Origin: a virus
Strand: one strand, 5' to 3'
Length of the DNA stretch: 64,000 bases
IMG/VR virus record: IMGVR_UViG_3300020472_000017
Span: 248-64,247 of that record
Part shown: positions 48,757-55,518 of the stretch, piece after piece
Layout of the letters: each line of letters opens with the position of its first letter
Numbering within the stretch: position 1 is the first letter of the stretch
The notes under the pieces: model-generated
Told to the model about the DNA's origin: nothing
Seen by the model: the letters and a program-made list of their open reading frames with translations, nothing else
Database searches by the model: none
Translations under genes and position numbers: made by a program

Positions 48757-49145
48757 TATGGTTTAAATGCTACGTCGATAGAATCAAATTTGGCTGGAAT
48801 TCCCATGATTACATATGCTATACTCACGTTTAATTCATTATTATTCTCATCAACCTTCACTTTAATCTCATAAACTGCTACTCTAGGTTCATAAGTATCA
48901 ATAGCTTCCCGAAGTCTTTTCTTAATTCTCTGAGCAGAGTTTGGTATAAAGTTTTCAAAGAGCAATCCAATTATATTCCCACCGAAAGCAGGATCAAAAG
49001 GTTTCTCATAGAAGTTATAAAGGACAATATTTTTGACTGAAGCTTTAATGGCTGACTCATTGTTCAGTGCTAATATGTCATTAGTCACTGCATTCTTTTC
49101 AAAAGTCAAAGAGAAGTCTCTAAAGGACTTCGATGTTAAAGCCAT
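48756..49145 (-). CDS. gp25: Baseplate wedge subunit gp25, 129 aa
   Basis: AIKASVKNIV...EKPFDPAFG...YEPRV motif; adjacent to gp6. Confidence 0.95.
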   Translation of the reverse strand: MALTSKSFRDFSLTFEKNAVTNDILALNNESAIKASVKNIVLYNFYEKPFDPAFGGNIIGLLFENFIPNSAQRIKKRLREAIDTYEPRVAVYEIKVKVDENNNELNVSIAYVIMGIPAKFDSIDVAFKP

Positions 49146-49157
49146 TCGGCTACAATA

Positions 49158-49418
49158 TTAACCTTCTTTATATTTATACTGGTTTTGTAATAATCTCTTC
49201 TCTGCTTCACGGACTACATCCTCAGCACTCTTTTCAAAGTCTGGTGTAGCTTCATGTCTAGACTGATATTGCTTTGATTTCTTTAGATAAGCATCAGAAC
49301 GAGGGTCAGTAATAAGGTACTTACACTCCTCCCATCCGTTCTCATGGAAGTCATCAGACATATCCACGGGAACGTTATGATTTCTTTGACCGTTTACTAT
49401 TCTATTTGCCTTGGCCAC
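49158..49418 (-). CDS. Hypothetical protein, 86 aa
   Basis: ORF track; GTG start; fills the gap between the basic peptide gene and gp25. Confidence 0.6.
   Translation of the reverse strand: MAKANRIVNGQRNHNVPVDMSDDFHENGWEECKYLITDPRSDAYLKKSKQYQSRHEATPDFEKSAEDVVREAEKRLLQNQYKYKEG
49171..49178 (-). promoter_or_regulatory. T4-type late promoter TATAAATA
   Basis: Exact match 25 nt before the gp25 ATG. Confidence 0.8.
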
Positions 49419-49551
49419 GATACCTCTTTCTTGCCTTATTACGTGATGTAGCAGAATACTTCGTGTGCATAGAACTGCCTTGACGAGTTTTCTTTGGTTT
49501 TGCTTCTACTGTTATGTGAGTACCAAAACCACCTGCTTTTGTAATTGCCAT
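49402..49551 (-). CDS. Small basic protein, 49 aa (not in ORF track)
   Basis: MAITKAGGFGTHITVEAKPKKTRQGSSMHTKYSATSRNKARKRYRGQGK; starts 2 nt after the PAAR gene stop. Confidence 0.7.
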   Translation of the reverse strand: MAITKAGGFGTHITVEAKPKKTRQGSSMHTKYSATSRNKARKRYRGQGK

Positions 49552-49553
49552 AA

Positions 49554-49844
49554 TTAACCACCTGCGAATACGTTTGATGAACCTGCAGCGACTGATGTAC
49601 AGCCACTTACACTATCTCCTACTCTACCACACCCTTTACCATTTATAAAGACACTTGTAGATCCTGTAGCTATTGGTGCTGCATGAGAAGGACATGGAAC
49701 ACCTGGTAATAAGTGTCCAGTGTTATTATCTCCTTGACGAGAGATAGGAATATCATTACAGAATACATTACCAGAACCCTGTGCTCTGACCATGCCAGAA
49801 CAATGGGCTACATCTGCATCTCCAATTCTAGTTACTGCTGGCAT
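49554..49844 (-). CDS. gp5.4: PAAR-domain tail spike tip protein, 96 aa
   Basis: RIGD..HC...GSGNVF.N...R.GD...H...C..H...GSTSVFINGKGCGRVGD pattern with Cys/His metal ligands. Confidence 0.9.
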   Translation of the reverse strand: MPAVTRIGDADVAHCSGMVRAQGSGNVFCNDIPISRQGDNNTGHLLPGVPCPSHAAPIATGSTSVFINGKGCGRVGDSVSGCTSVAAGSSNVFAGG

Positions 49845-50158
49845 TAGTATCCTCCAAATGGATCATCTTGGGGTTCATACTCAGAAGGAGCAGTTTCTTC
49901 CCAATCGAATGTTTTAACGGGTGGTTCTTGTATCTTTTCAGATCCACCACCTAGATTCTCTGAGCCACCCACTGCAAATGGATTATACTTTGCAGTTGCT
50001 ATTTCATACATCTTCTGATGTATAGTGACCTGTGGCGGGTCAATATTGACAACATTATCCAATGCCTTGTCTCTTGCAATAGGCATAGTATCTAAAGGAT
50101 TTGGTTTATCATCAAACCAATCATCTTTCGGTGTCATCTTTGGTGCTGGATAGGACAT
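49844..50158 (-). CDS. Hypothetical Pro/acidic protein, 104 aa
   Basis: ORF coupled to both neighbours. Confidence 0.6.
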   Translation of the reverse strand: MSYPAPKMTPKDDWFDDKPNPLDTMPIARDKALDNVVNIDPPQVTIHQKMYEIATAKYNPFAVGGSENLGGGSEKIQEPPVKTFDWEETAPSEYEPQDDPFGGY

Positions 50159-50637
50159 TAATAATAATTATCAACTACGGAACGGATACCTTCCCACTCA
50201 TTATTTATTTTCATTGTAAGTGTAAAGGTTTCAGGGGTTTGGGCTACGTTAATTAAATCATATGATACAGTAATAATAAAGGTTTTAGTTGTATAGGCAG
50301 TCATATCCTGATCAAGATCAAAGAAGATCTTATCAGCAGGTAGATTATCAACCCCACTTACAGTAGTAGGTGTCTGGGTCTTATCTGATTGGCCTGCATC
50401 AATATAAGTAAAACTATCTGAATAGGGGTCAGCAAAAGACCCTGTAATTGCCACCGAGGTAGTTCCTGGGGTAATCACAAGGTCAGGTTCTGTACCATCT
50501 ACTGTAGCCGTTACGTTAGTAATCTCTTCATCGGCAAGAGAAGCAGATGCAGTAATAGTCTGGCTAATTGTAAATGTAGGTCTTGTTCTATCGGGTATAG
50601 ACCATGGCTCAGCAAATGGAGATACAGAGATAGTCAT
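50158..50637 (-). CDS. Hypothetical Thr-rich beta protein, probably virion-associated, 159 aa
   Basis: Composition resembles the structural genes; same late operon as PAAR. Confidence 0.6.
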   Translation of the reverse strand: MTISVSPFAEPWSIPDRTRPTFTISQTITASASLADEEITNVTATVDGTEPDLVITPGTTSVAITGSFADPYSDSFTYIDAGQSDKTQTPTTVSGVDNLPADKIFFDLDQDMTAYTTKTFIITVSYDLINVAQTPETFTLTMKINNEWEGIRSVVDNYY

Positions 50638-50840
50638 TTAACCTCTCTGGTCATGAGTTGCTGTAGATAGTCTGAATATTTGCCCATAGCAGTATGCTGC
50701 TCCTCTGTATGTGGAGGATCTGGAATAGTAGGTTCAAACCTTATAAGATGATCAAACGTATCTGGTAGATCGCGTACATTGTTATAAGTTACCAGTTTCC
50801 CATTGTTTGATATGGTGAATACGCCGTTCAAGTCGTCCAT
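50634..50840 (-). CDS. Hypothetical protein, 68 aa
   Basis: ATGA overlap with the next gene; late promoter variant upstream. Confidence 0.65.
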   Translation of the reverse strand: MDDLNGVFTISNNGKLVTYNNVRDLPDTFDHLIRFEPTIPDPPHTEEQHTAMGKYSDYLQQLMTREVK

Positions 50841-50853
50841 AGTTTTTTGGAAT

Positions 50854-50860
50854 TATTTAG
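50854..50860 (-). promoter_or_regulatory. Late promoter variant CTAAATA
   Basis: Overlaps the stop of 50857..51114, 13 nt before the ATG at 50840; likely start of the late operon. Confidence 0.55.
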
Positions 50861-51114
50861 AGACCCTTCGCGGTTTTGGACGCGATTTTTTCCTCAAGGG
50901 TACTCAACCTATCCTCATTCCTCTTCTGAGTTGCCCCAGTGGGTTTTGGATGTGCCATTCCTTCGAGATCTCTTATAGTGTTCTCATGGTCACATACGAC
51001 ATCTACAAGTCTCTCGTAGTTCTCAGAGCCAGGTCGTCTCATCAAGAGAAGGGACTGTTCCACTCTCTTCTCAAGTGTTGACAGTCTTACTTCTAGTTCC
51101 TCATTGCTCAACAT
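50857..51114 (-). CDS. Hypothetical coiled-coil protein, 85 aa
   Basis: ORF track; tightly packed with its neighbours. Confidence 0.65.
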   Translation of the reverse strand: MLSNEELEVRLSTLEKRVEQSLLLMRRPGSENYERLVDVVCDHENTIRDLEGMAHPKPTGATQKRNEDRLSTLEEKIASKTAKGL

Positions 51115-51310
51115 AGAGTTCTTTATTCAAAAATACTTCGTTTCTATCGTAGTTTAAACGGTGTCTCTCGGTATTGACATAATGACCTACGATGTCATTA
51201 CCGTCACAACGGTACCCGTACCCTGTAACGTTCTCGTGTCTTCCATCAATGCGAAACTTTTTATTCTTGTCTGTGAGATAGCTGTGGTATCGTTCGTCGA
51301 GGTTGATCAT
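51101..51310 (-). CDS. Hypothetical protein, 69 aa
   Basis: ORF directly downstream of a consensus sigma70 promoter. Confidence 0.7.
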   Translation of the reverse strand: MINLDERYHSYLTDKNKKFRIDGRHENVTGYGYRCDGNDIVGHYVNTERHRLNYDRNEVFLNKELYVEQ

Positions 51311-51340
51311 GGTTCTCGGAGGGTGGCTGGTATAGTATGT

Positions 51341-51369
51341 ATTATATCACGATTTACACACAATGTCAA
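51341..51369 (-). promoter_or_regulatory. Perfect sigma70 promoter TTGACA-N17-TATAAT
   Basis: Minus strand reads TTGACA ttgtgtgtaaatcgtga TATAAT. Confidence 0.9.
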
Positions 51370-51496
51370 AAAGGGGTCGGGCGGCGCGATACCCTGAGAA
51401 ATATTTTTAGAAAAATTATATTTCTTTTATCGAACTCGCTCATGCAAGACTTTATAGCTTAGCTTTGATAGGGATCCTAAGCTAGGGGGCGGGGGC

Positions 51497-51516
51497 AAAC
51501 CGCCCAAGGGGGGCGG
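51497..51516 (-). terminator. Possible intrinsic terminator
   Basis: CCGCCC-ccctt-GGGCGG-TTTG, 15 nt after the stop at 51532; short U tract. Confidence 0.45.
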
Positions 51517-51531
51517 CACTGCCTCGACTGC

Positions 51532-51684
51532 CTAGAGGTGCGGCGGCGCAATCTCAGCACGCCATCCCATTTTGGCAAAGTCCTCTAAGATTTGCAACGC
51601 TGACTCATAATTTGAAAAACTGATCAGTCTTGCGTTTTGTTGCCGATCCGTCCAATAACGGACCTTCGTGTTGATTTTTGCCAT
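51532..51684 (-). CDS. Small early hypothetical protein, 50 aa
   Basis: MAKINTKVRYWTDRQQ...; start shortened relative to the ORF track. Confidence 0.6.
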   Translation of the reverse strand: MAKINTKVRYWTDRQQNARLISFSNYESALQILEDFAKMGWRAEIAPPHL

Positions 51685-51765
51685 TGTGTAAAGAAGTGAC
51701 GGAGTTGAGAAAATAGTAAGATACTGTGGGCGTTGGGTGTAGAATTGCTTCATACACGGATGAAC

Positions 51766-51903
51766 TCAGTTCTTGCATAGGGTTGGATCGATTTGGCAAA
51801 TTTGGGCATCTCTAGAATTGGTCATGTTGGAAACTTGGGTGATCAGATGCCCTCCTATGAACACCCCTCCTATAATGACCCCTAGCATGAAAGCGATTCT
51901 CAT
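51766..51903 (-). CDS. Small membrane protein, 45 aa (not in ORF track)
   Basis: MRIAFMLGVIIGGVFIGGHLITQVSNMTNSRDAQICQIDPTLCKN: hydrophobic N-terminus and two Cys. Confidence 0.6.
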   Translation of the reverse strand: MRIAFMLGVIIGGVFIGGHLITQVSNMTNSRDAQICQIDPTLCKN

Positions 51904-51919
51904 GGCAGCAAAAAAGCGA

Positions 51920-52102
51920 TCAGTGACGATCGCTTATATTCCATGTGCCCGAAGGGTGAGGGCGAAATGTGAAATTGTCCTCTGCGAGTTTGGTCATTGC
52001 TGCCATCACTGCTTGGTCCTTGGTCGCCGCCTCATTCATTAGGACTGATCCGTTGAACATGGGGCGAAGGTCGGAGTTGAACATTTGGGAATTCGTTTTC
52101 AT
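51920..52102 (-). CDS. Small early hypothetical protein, 60 aa
   Basis: MKTNSQMFNSDLRPMF...; -10 box TATTAT at 52109-52114 just upstream. Confidence 0.6.
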   Translation of the reverse strand: MKTNSQMFNSDLRPMFNGSVLMNEAATKDQAVMAAMTKLAEDNFTFRPHPSGTWNISDRH

Positions 52103-52145
52103 GATTCTATAATACACGATTTTGAATAGCATGGGTGCTCTATTA

Positions 52146-52166
52146 GGACACTTTGTCAGGTGGCAC
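52146..52166. promoter_or_regulatory. Dyad motif copy 1: GGACACTT-tgtc-AGGTGGCAC
   Basis: About 30 nt upstream of the minus-strand TATTAT. Confidence 0.7.
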
Positions 52167-52190
52167 ACGAGAGAGCGTTCTAATAAAAAA

Positions 52191-52224
52191 TCCAGCCGCC
52201 CGTGGACAGTTGGATGAGTGGCAC
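52191..52224 (+). repeat. Extended dyad copy 2: TCCAGCCGCCC + GTGGACAGTT-ggat-GAGTGGCAC
   Basis: 52191-52212 matches 54059-54080 at 21 of 22 nt. Confidence 0.75.
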
Positions 52225-52334
52225 AAGGGTTTGTGTTACTTAGTGGGGACACAGTTTGTGTTAATTAGAGACCAAAGAGTTCAAGAAAGAAAATGATAAA
52301 TTCCAATTGAACTCTGTTGATCTTTGGTTTACAC

Positions 52335-52649
52335 TCAAGCGAAGACGATTTCCTCGACGTTTGTGTAACTGTAGAGGACGCAATCCTGTCGGAATTGTTG
52401 TTTGTATACGTCCCCGATTGTCTTGAGGTTGTTGACAATTTGTGTAGAATGTGTAGTACGTTCGTCTACAGTTACCTCGATGATTTTAGTCTTTTCAAGT
52501 GTACCTTTGTAGACGCCGATTGCGTCACTAATAGTACAAAACTGTAATCGAGTTAGTAACTCATTCTGAACAAATTGCAACCACATCTGATTATTAACCG
52601 TTCCTGAGTTAGGTATATTTAACCCAAGAACAATGCGGTGAGTTTGCAT
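52335..52649 (-). CDS. Putative SAM lyase (SAMase) / DUF3574-like protein, 104 aa
   Basis: LGLNIP...W..F...TISDAIGVYKGTLEKTK...YKQQFRQDCVL; resembles DUF3574 and the G-x-Y...E and QDCVL motifs of T3 SAMase as recalled; TATAAT at 52672-52677. Confidence 0.6.
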   Translation of the reverse strand: MQTHRIVLGLNIPNSGTVNNQMWLQFVQNELLTRLQFCTISDAIGVYKGTLEKTKIIEVTVDERTTHSTQIVNNLKTIGDVYKQQFRQDCVLYSYTNVEEIVFA

Positions 52650-52707
52650 AAAGAATTCAGTTGACCTTTTCATTATAGACGATTTTGCCACGGCAACCCA
52701 GAGCTCT

Positions 52708-52728
52708 GTGCCACTTAAATAAGTGGAC
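52708..52728. promoter_or_regulatory. Dyad motif copy 3: GTGCCACTT-aaat-AAGTGGAC
   Basis: Between divergent genes; 30 nt from the minus-strand TATAAT. Confidence 0.75.
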
Positions 52729-52810
52729 TTTTTTGTTAACTCGTGTAACGTTTGGGATTTTGTCAACCCCATCTCGTGTAAAATTAGGGAGTACAAACGC
52801 CAGCATCCAA

Positions 52811-53125
52811 ATGCCAGCATCCGCTAAGTCTGCTCCATCCGTCTCAACTGCTAAAGCAAAACCAGCACGCAAGACCAGAGCACGCAAAGCACCTGCCACC
52901 CCTCGCACTCGCAAGGCAGCGGCAAACCCCACACCTCAACCAGTCGCCCAAGTGGCACCCGTTGAGACCCTTCAGCAAAAGGAGTTGAAGGCGTGGCAAG
53001 ATCTCTTCACCCTCAGAGGAATTGAGATCGTGGTCCTTCCTTTGATTTTCCTCGAAGCATGGGCGGTTCAAATCCTCAACAACGCAGGACTTGAAGTCAG
53101 TGTTCCAGGAATCAAAACCAGTTGA
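52811..53125 (+). CDS. Lys/Ala/Arg/Pro-rich protein with hydrophobic C-terminus, 104 aa
   Basis: MPASAKSAPSVSTAKAKPARKTRARKAPATPRTRKAAA...; TAAAAT at 52779-52784. Confidence 0.65.
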   Translation: MPASAKSAPSVSTAKAKPARKTRARKAPATPRTRKAAANPTPQPVAQVAPVETLQQKELKAWQDLFTLRGIEIVVLPLIFLEAWAVQILNNAGLEVSVPGIKTS

Positions 53126-53136
53126 CAAACTGGCAC
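53115..53136. promoter_or_regulatory. Dyad motif copy 4: AAACCAGTT-gaca-AACTGGCAC
   Basis: 31 nt upstream of the plus-strand TATATT (53168-53173). Confidence 0.7.
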
Positions 53137-53142
53137 ACTCAG

Positions 53143-53163
53143 ACCCCCACTAGGGGGTTTTTT
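53143..53163 (+). terminator. Intrinsic terminator embedded in the next promoter
   Basis: ACCCCC-acta-GGGGGT followed by a T run. Confidence 0.65.
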
Positions 53164-53264
53164 CATGTATATTAAAAGAGTGGGGGGAATTGAGGCAATA
53201 TCCTTCGGGAACACTGACCCAACGCCCCCACATTTCACTTCACTTAACAACGCTAATTTCATTC

Positions 53265-53510
53265 ATGATTTTACGTCAACTCGGTTCAAATATGACCGAA
53301 CTAAGTTTCAACAATGGAGACTCAATCTTCTTTAGTTATGAAACTCCAGTCGCAGGATTTACTCCAAAAGTAGGACATTTCAAGACTGAAACTTACTACT
53401 CCAGGACTACATCGAAGCACATCAATCAGTACATGAAACATGCACCTAATGTTCGCACAGTTGATGATAGTTTCATCGTCTCACTTTGTCACCCTGAAGG
53501 TATCAAATAA
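53265..53510 (+). CDS. Conserved phage hypothetical protein, 81 aa
   Basis: GSNMTEL...FFSYETPVAG...YSRTTSKHIN motif; start shortened relative to the ORF track. Confidence 0.7.
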   Translation: MILRQLGSNMTELSFNNGDSIFFSYETPVAGFTPKVGHFKTETYYSRTTSKHINQYMKHAPNVRTVDDSFIVSLCHPEGIK

Positions 53511-53677
53511 TGAGCGAAACTATACGGACAATTCGTGTTACTGAAGACGAGGAATCTGTCCTCGTTGAGATGATACAATTCTTCAATGATATGGGGTGGA
53601 TAAATGAATCCACCCAAACAGATTATGACTCACTATGTGATACTATCTGTGAACCAAGTCCTTTCGATTATTCTTAA
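53510..53677 (+). CDS. Small acidic protein, 55 aa (not in ORF track)
   Basis: MSETIRTIRVTEDEESVLVEMIQFFNDMGW...; TAATG coupling. Confidence 0.65.
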   Translation: MSETIRTIRVTEDEESVLVEMIQFFNDMGWINESTQTDYDSLCDTICEPSPFDYS

Positions 53678-53678
53678 C

Positions 53679-53837
53679 ATGTCCTGCCTACAAAATGAAG
53701 CAATTCTTGAGAACATCTTCGACGAAATCCTTGAGAAATGTTATCAACGTAACCTGCATTTACTCTTTGGTGAACAAGAATTAGAAGAACTTGCAGCAAC
53801 ATTGACTAAAGAACGTTGGGAGAGATTGTATGACTAA
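53679..53837 (+). CDS. Small acidic protein, 52 aa
   Basis: MSCLQNEAILENIFDEI...; 1 nt after the upstream stop. Confidence 0.65.
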   Translation: MSCLQNEAILENIFDEILEKCYQRNLHLLFGEQELEELAATLTKERWERLYD

Positions 53838-54003
53838 ATCACAATTTCGCTTCACAATCGACTTTGAGTTAAATGATAAAGAGCATGAATTCAATTCTAG
53901 ACACTTTGCCGAAGAGATTGAAAGCTATTTGTTAAACTATTGTGGACTAGATAGCAAGGTGTTAAATTACACTAACTCTTGCCCAATCTACAAATACGAT
54001 TAA
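53830..54003 (+). CDS. Small hypothetical protein, 57 aa (not in ORF track)
   Basis: MTKSQFRFTIDFELNDKEH...; 8-nt overlap with the upstream gene. Confidence 0.55.
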   Translation: MTKSQFRFTIDFELNDKEHEFNSRHFAEEIESYLLNYCGLDSKVLNYTNSCPIYKYD

Positions 54004-54008
54004 CAAAT

Positions 54009-54038
54009 AGAGTGGACGGTTCCCCAACTGTCCACTCT
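54009..54038. repeat. Dyad copy 5: AGAGTGGACGGTT-cccc-AACTGTCCACTCT
   Basis: 13-bp arms with one mismatch, right after the stop at 54003. Confidence 0.8.
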
Positions 54039-54058
54039 CGGCCTGAATCCTTGAAAAT

Positions 54059-54093
54059 TCCAGCCGCCCATGGACAGTTGAGAGACTGTCCAT
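54059..54093 (+). promoter_or_regulatory. Extended dyad copy 6: TCCAGCCGCCC + ATGGACAGTT-gaga-GACTGTCCAT
   Basis: About 29 nt upstream of TATTAT (54122-54127). Confidence 0.75.
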
Positions 54094-54133
54094 TTTTTAT
54101 TGAATGGGGTCTGAAATCGTGTATTATAAGGGT

Positions 54134-54313
54134 ATGAAATTCAAAGACCAATTCTCACTCGTTCTTAATTCTCAAGAACACGCCATGCTCGAAGAGATGG
54201 CATCCTTCTGCGCTCAATTTGATTTCACAGAGCACAACGATCCTGAAATCTTCGAGATGCTCTGGGACAAAATCCTAGACGCAGATCACAAAGTCGTTGA
54301 GGCAAATTCATGA
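54134..54313 (+). CDS. Small acidic protein, 59 aa
   Basis: MKFKDQFSLVLNSQEH...; follows the -10 box. Confidence 0.65.
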   Translation: MKFKDQFSLVLNSQEHAMLEEMASFCAQFDFTEHNDPEIFEMLWDKILDADHKVVEANS

Positions 54314-54477
54314 GCACGATCAGCGAATTCTATTCAGGTCTGCTAGACAAGGGTTACTCAGAGCGAGAAATTCGCGAGAGTGCTCAGAAACATTCCCAAC
54401 GGGTCGCGCCAGATTGGTTCAACGGGACGTACTCAGAATATTTGGATCACATGCACGAATTTCTAAATGGCATGTAA
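54310..54477 (+). CDS. Small hypothetical protein, 55 aa (not in ORF track)
   Basis: MSTISEFYSGLLDKGYSEREIRESAQKHSQRVAPDWFNGTYSEYLDHMHEFLNGM; ATGA overlap. Confidence 0.7.
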   Translation: MSTISEFYSGLLDKGYSEREIRESAQKHSQRVAPDWFNGTYSEYLDHMHEFLNGM

Positions 54478-54622
54478 TCAATTTTCTGATCTGCAGGAAT
54501 ACACATTCCTGCACGACACCCTAGGCAAATTCACCGTGATGGAAGACAACTTGCCCGACGCTCTCAAAAAAGTGCCACGATCTGCAATCCTAATTGCAGT
54601 CAACGGCGACCCTCGCTTCTGA
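54467..54622 (+). CDS. Small hypothetical protein, 51 aa (not in ORF track)
   Basis: MACNQFSDLQEYTFLHDTLGKF...; ends inside a terminator hairpin. Confidence 0.5.
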   Translation: MACNQFSDLQEYTFLHDTLGKFTVMEDNLPDALKKVPRSAILIAVNGDPRF

Positions 54623-54631
54623 GGGTTTTTT
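54609..54631 (+). terminator. Intrinsic terminator
   Basis: ACCCTC-gcttct-GAGGGT followed by a T run at the end of the plus-strand operon. Confidence 0.7.
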
Positions 54632-54641
54632 ACTGAAAAAT

Positions 54642-54676
54642 TCCAGCTGACCGTGGACGATCTCCAAACCGTCCAT
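54642..54676 (+). repeat. Extended dyad copy 7: TCCAGCTGACC + GTGGACGATC-tcca-AACCGTCCAT
   Basis: Same geometry as copies 2 and 6; sits where the plus and minus operons converge. Confidence 0.65.
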
Positions 54677-54692
54677 AGTACACAAATACTCT

Positions 54693-54887
54693 TTACTTTT
54701 CCTCTGCAGTTGTAGGGACATAATAACACAAACCCTCTGCAATATATCTCTGAGATATTAACAACATCTCAGGGATATTTTGTATTAGGTCAGTGTCAAT
54801 TAAGAACTGCACTAGTTCTACACTCTCATCGGGATCTAGTCCCCCTAATTTATACTTAGCGAGAAGGAATCGTATGCGTTCAGTCAT
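54693..54887 (-). CDS. Hypothetical protein, 64 aa
   Basis: ORF track; coupled to the upstream gene. Confidence 0.65.
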   Translation of the reverse strand: MTERIRFLLAKYKLGGLDPDESVELVQFLIDTDLIQNIPEMLLISQRYIAEGLCYYVPTTAEEK

Positions 54888-55050
54888 ACTCCTCCTCTAA
54901 TAGGTCCTTATCTATTCTCATCCTACCTCTGTTACTTATCTCATCTAAGTAACCACTACTAGCCAAATCTTCATATTCTTGCAATTCCTTCTTTTTCTGT
55001 GAAAATGAACCTTTTTTGTTGGTTCCTCTGTAATCCCAGGTTTTGGCCAT
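54880..55050 (-). CDS. Small charged protein, 56 aa (not in ORF track)
   Basis: MAKTWDYRGTNKKGSFSQKKKELQEYEDL...; fills the gap exactly. Confidence 0.6.
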   Translation of the reverse strand: MAKTWDYRGTNKKGSFSQKKKELQEYEDLASSGYLDEISNRGRMRIDKDLLEEEYD

Positions 55051-55052
55051 TT

Positions 55053-55310
55053 TTAGGTGTTTTGCGTGATTTGCTTGAGATCGCCACTTTTCAGTGAATC
55101 ATTATAAAATCTTCCAAGTGACACAGAAGTTGGGTCTTTCACGAAACCGTCAAGAGTTGACAGTAATTTCGCATTTGCAGGTTTCCAAGCATACTCGTAG
55201 GTTTTCTCATTTCCTGAGAAGTTTATGAAAACCTTGGATCCTTGCACGACTATTTTATCTAGTGCAGAACTCAACTCGCCGATCTCGAAGGTGTGCTTTT
55301 TCGTAGCCAT
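55053..55310 (-). CDS. KTSC-like domain protein, 85 aa
   Basis: SSALDKI...VFINF..N.KTYEY...SVSLGRFYNDSLK resembles the KTSC pattern SS.I......L.V.F..G..Y.Y...S.GRYFN. Confidence 0.5.
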   Translation of the reverse strand: MATKKHTFEIGELSSALDKIVVQGSKVFINFSGNEKTYEYAWKPANAKLLSTLDGFVKDPTSVSLGRFYNDSLKSGDLKQITQNT

Positions 55311-55333
55311 GGTCTTTGCTTTGTTACCTACTA

Positions 55334-55362
55334 ATTATAATCGATCTGGTCTTCAAAGTCAA
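55334..55362 (-). promoter_or_regulatory. sigma70 promoter TTGACT-N17-TATAAT
   Basis: Read directly from sequence; upstream of 55053..55310. Confidence 0.85.
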
Positions 55363-55370
55363 GCTCTGAG

Positions 55371-55390
55371 GTCACTTTGAGAACTGGCAC
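55371..55390. promoter_or_regulatory. Dyad motif copy 8: GTCACTT-tgag-AACTGGCAC
   Basis: Between two back-to-back promoters. Confidence 0.75.
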
Positions 55391-55398
55391 AAGGTCGC

Positions 55399-55428
55399 TT
55401 GACTTTCGGTCCACTGCGGGCTTAGACT
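55399..55428 (+). promoter_or_regulatory. sigma70-like promoter TTGACT-N18-TAGACT
   Basis: Points towards the 3' end of the minus-strand oxygenase gene; no plus-strand CDS evident. Confidence 0.5.
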
Positions 55429-55518
55429 GCAAAGGGTCTCCAAGCAATCACGGAGTAGTACGCACAAACTAGTTTTTATTAACATTTCTTAAAAGGGTAG
55501 TATCCTAGAGTATCTTAC

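Noticed and set aside
51485-51516. G-quadruplex from the G5-G5-G6 runs
   Set aside because: Only three long G tracts, and the competing CCGCCC/GGGCGG hairpin explains the sequence as a terminator.
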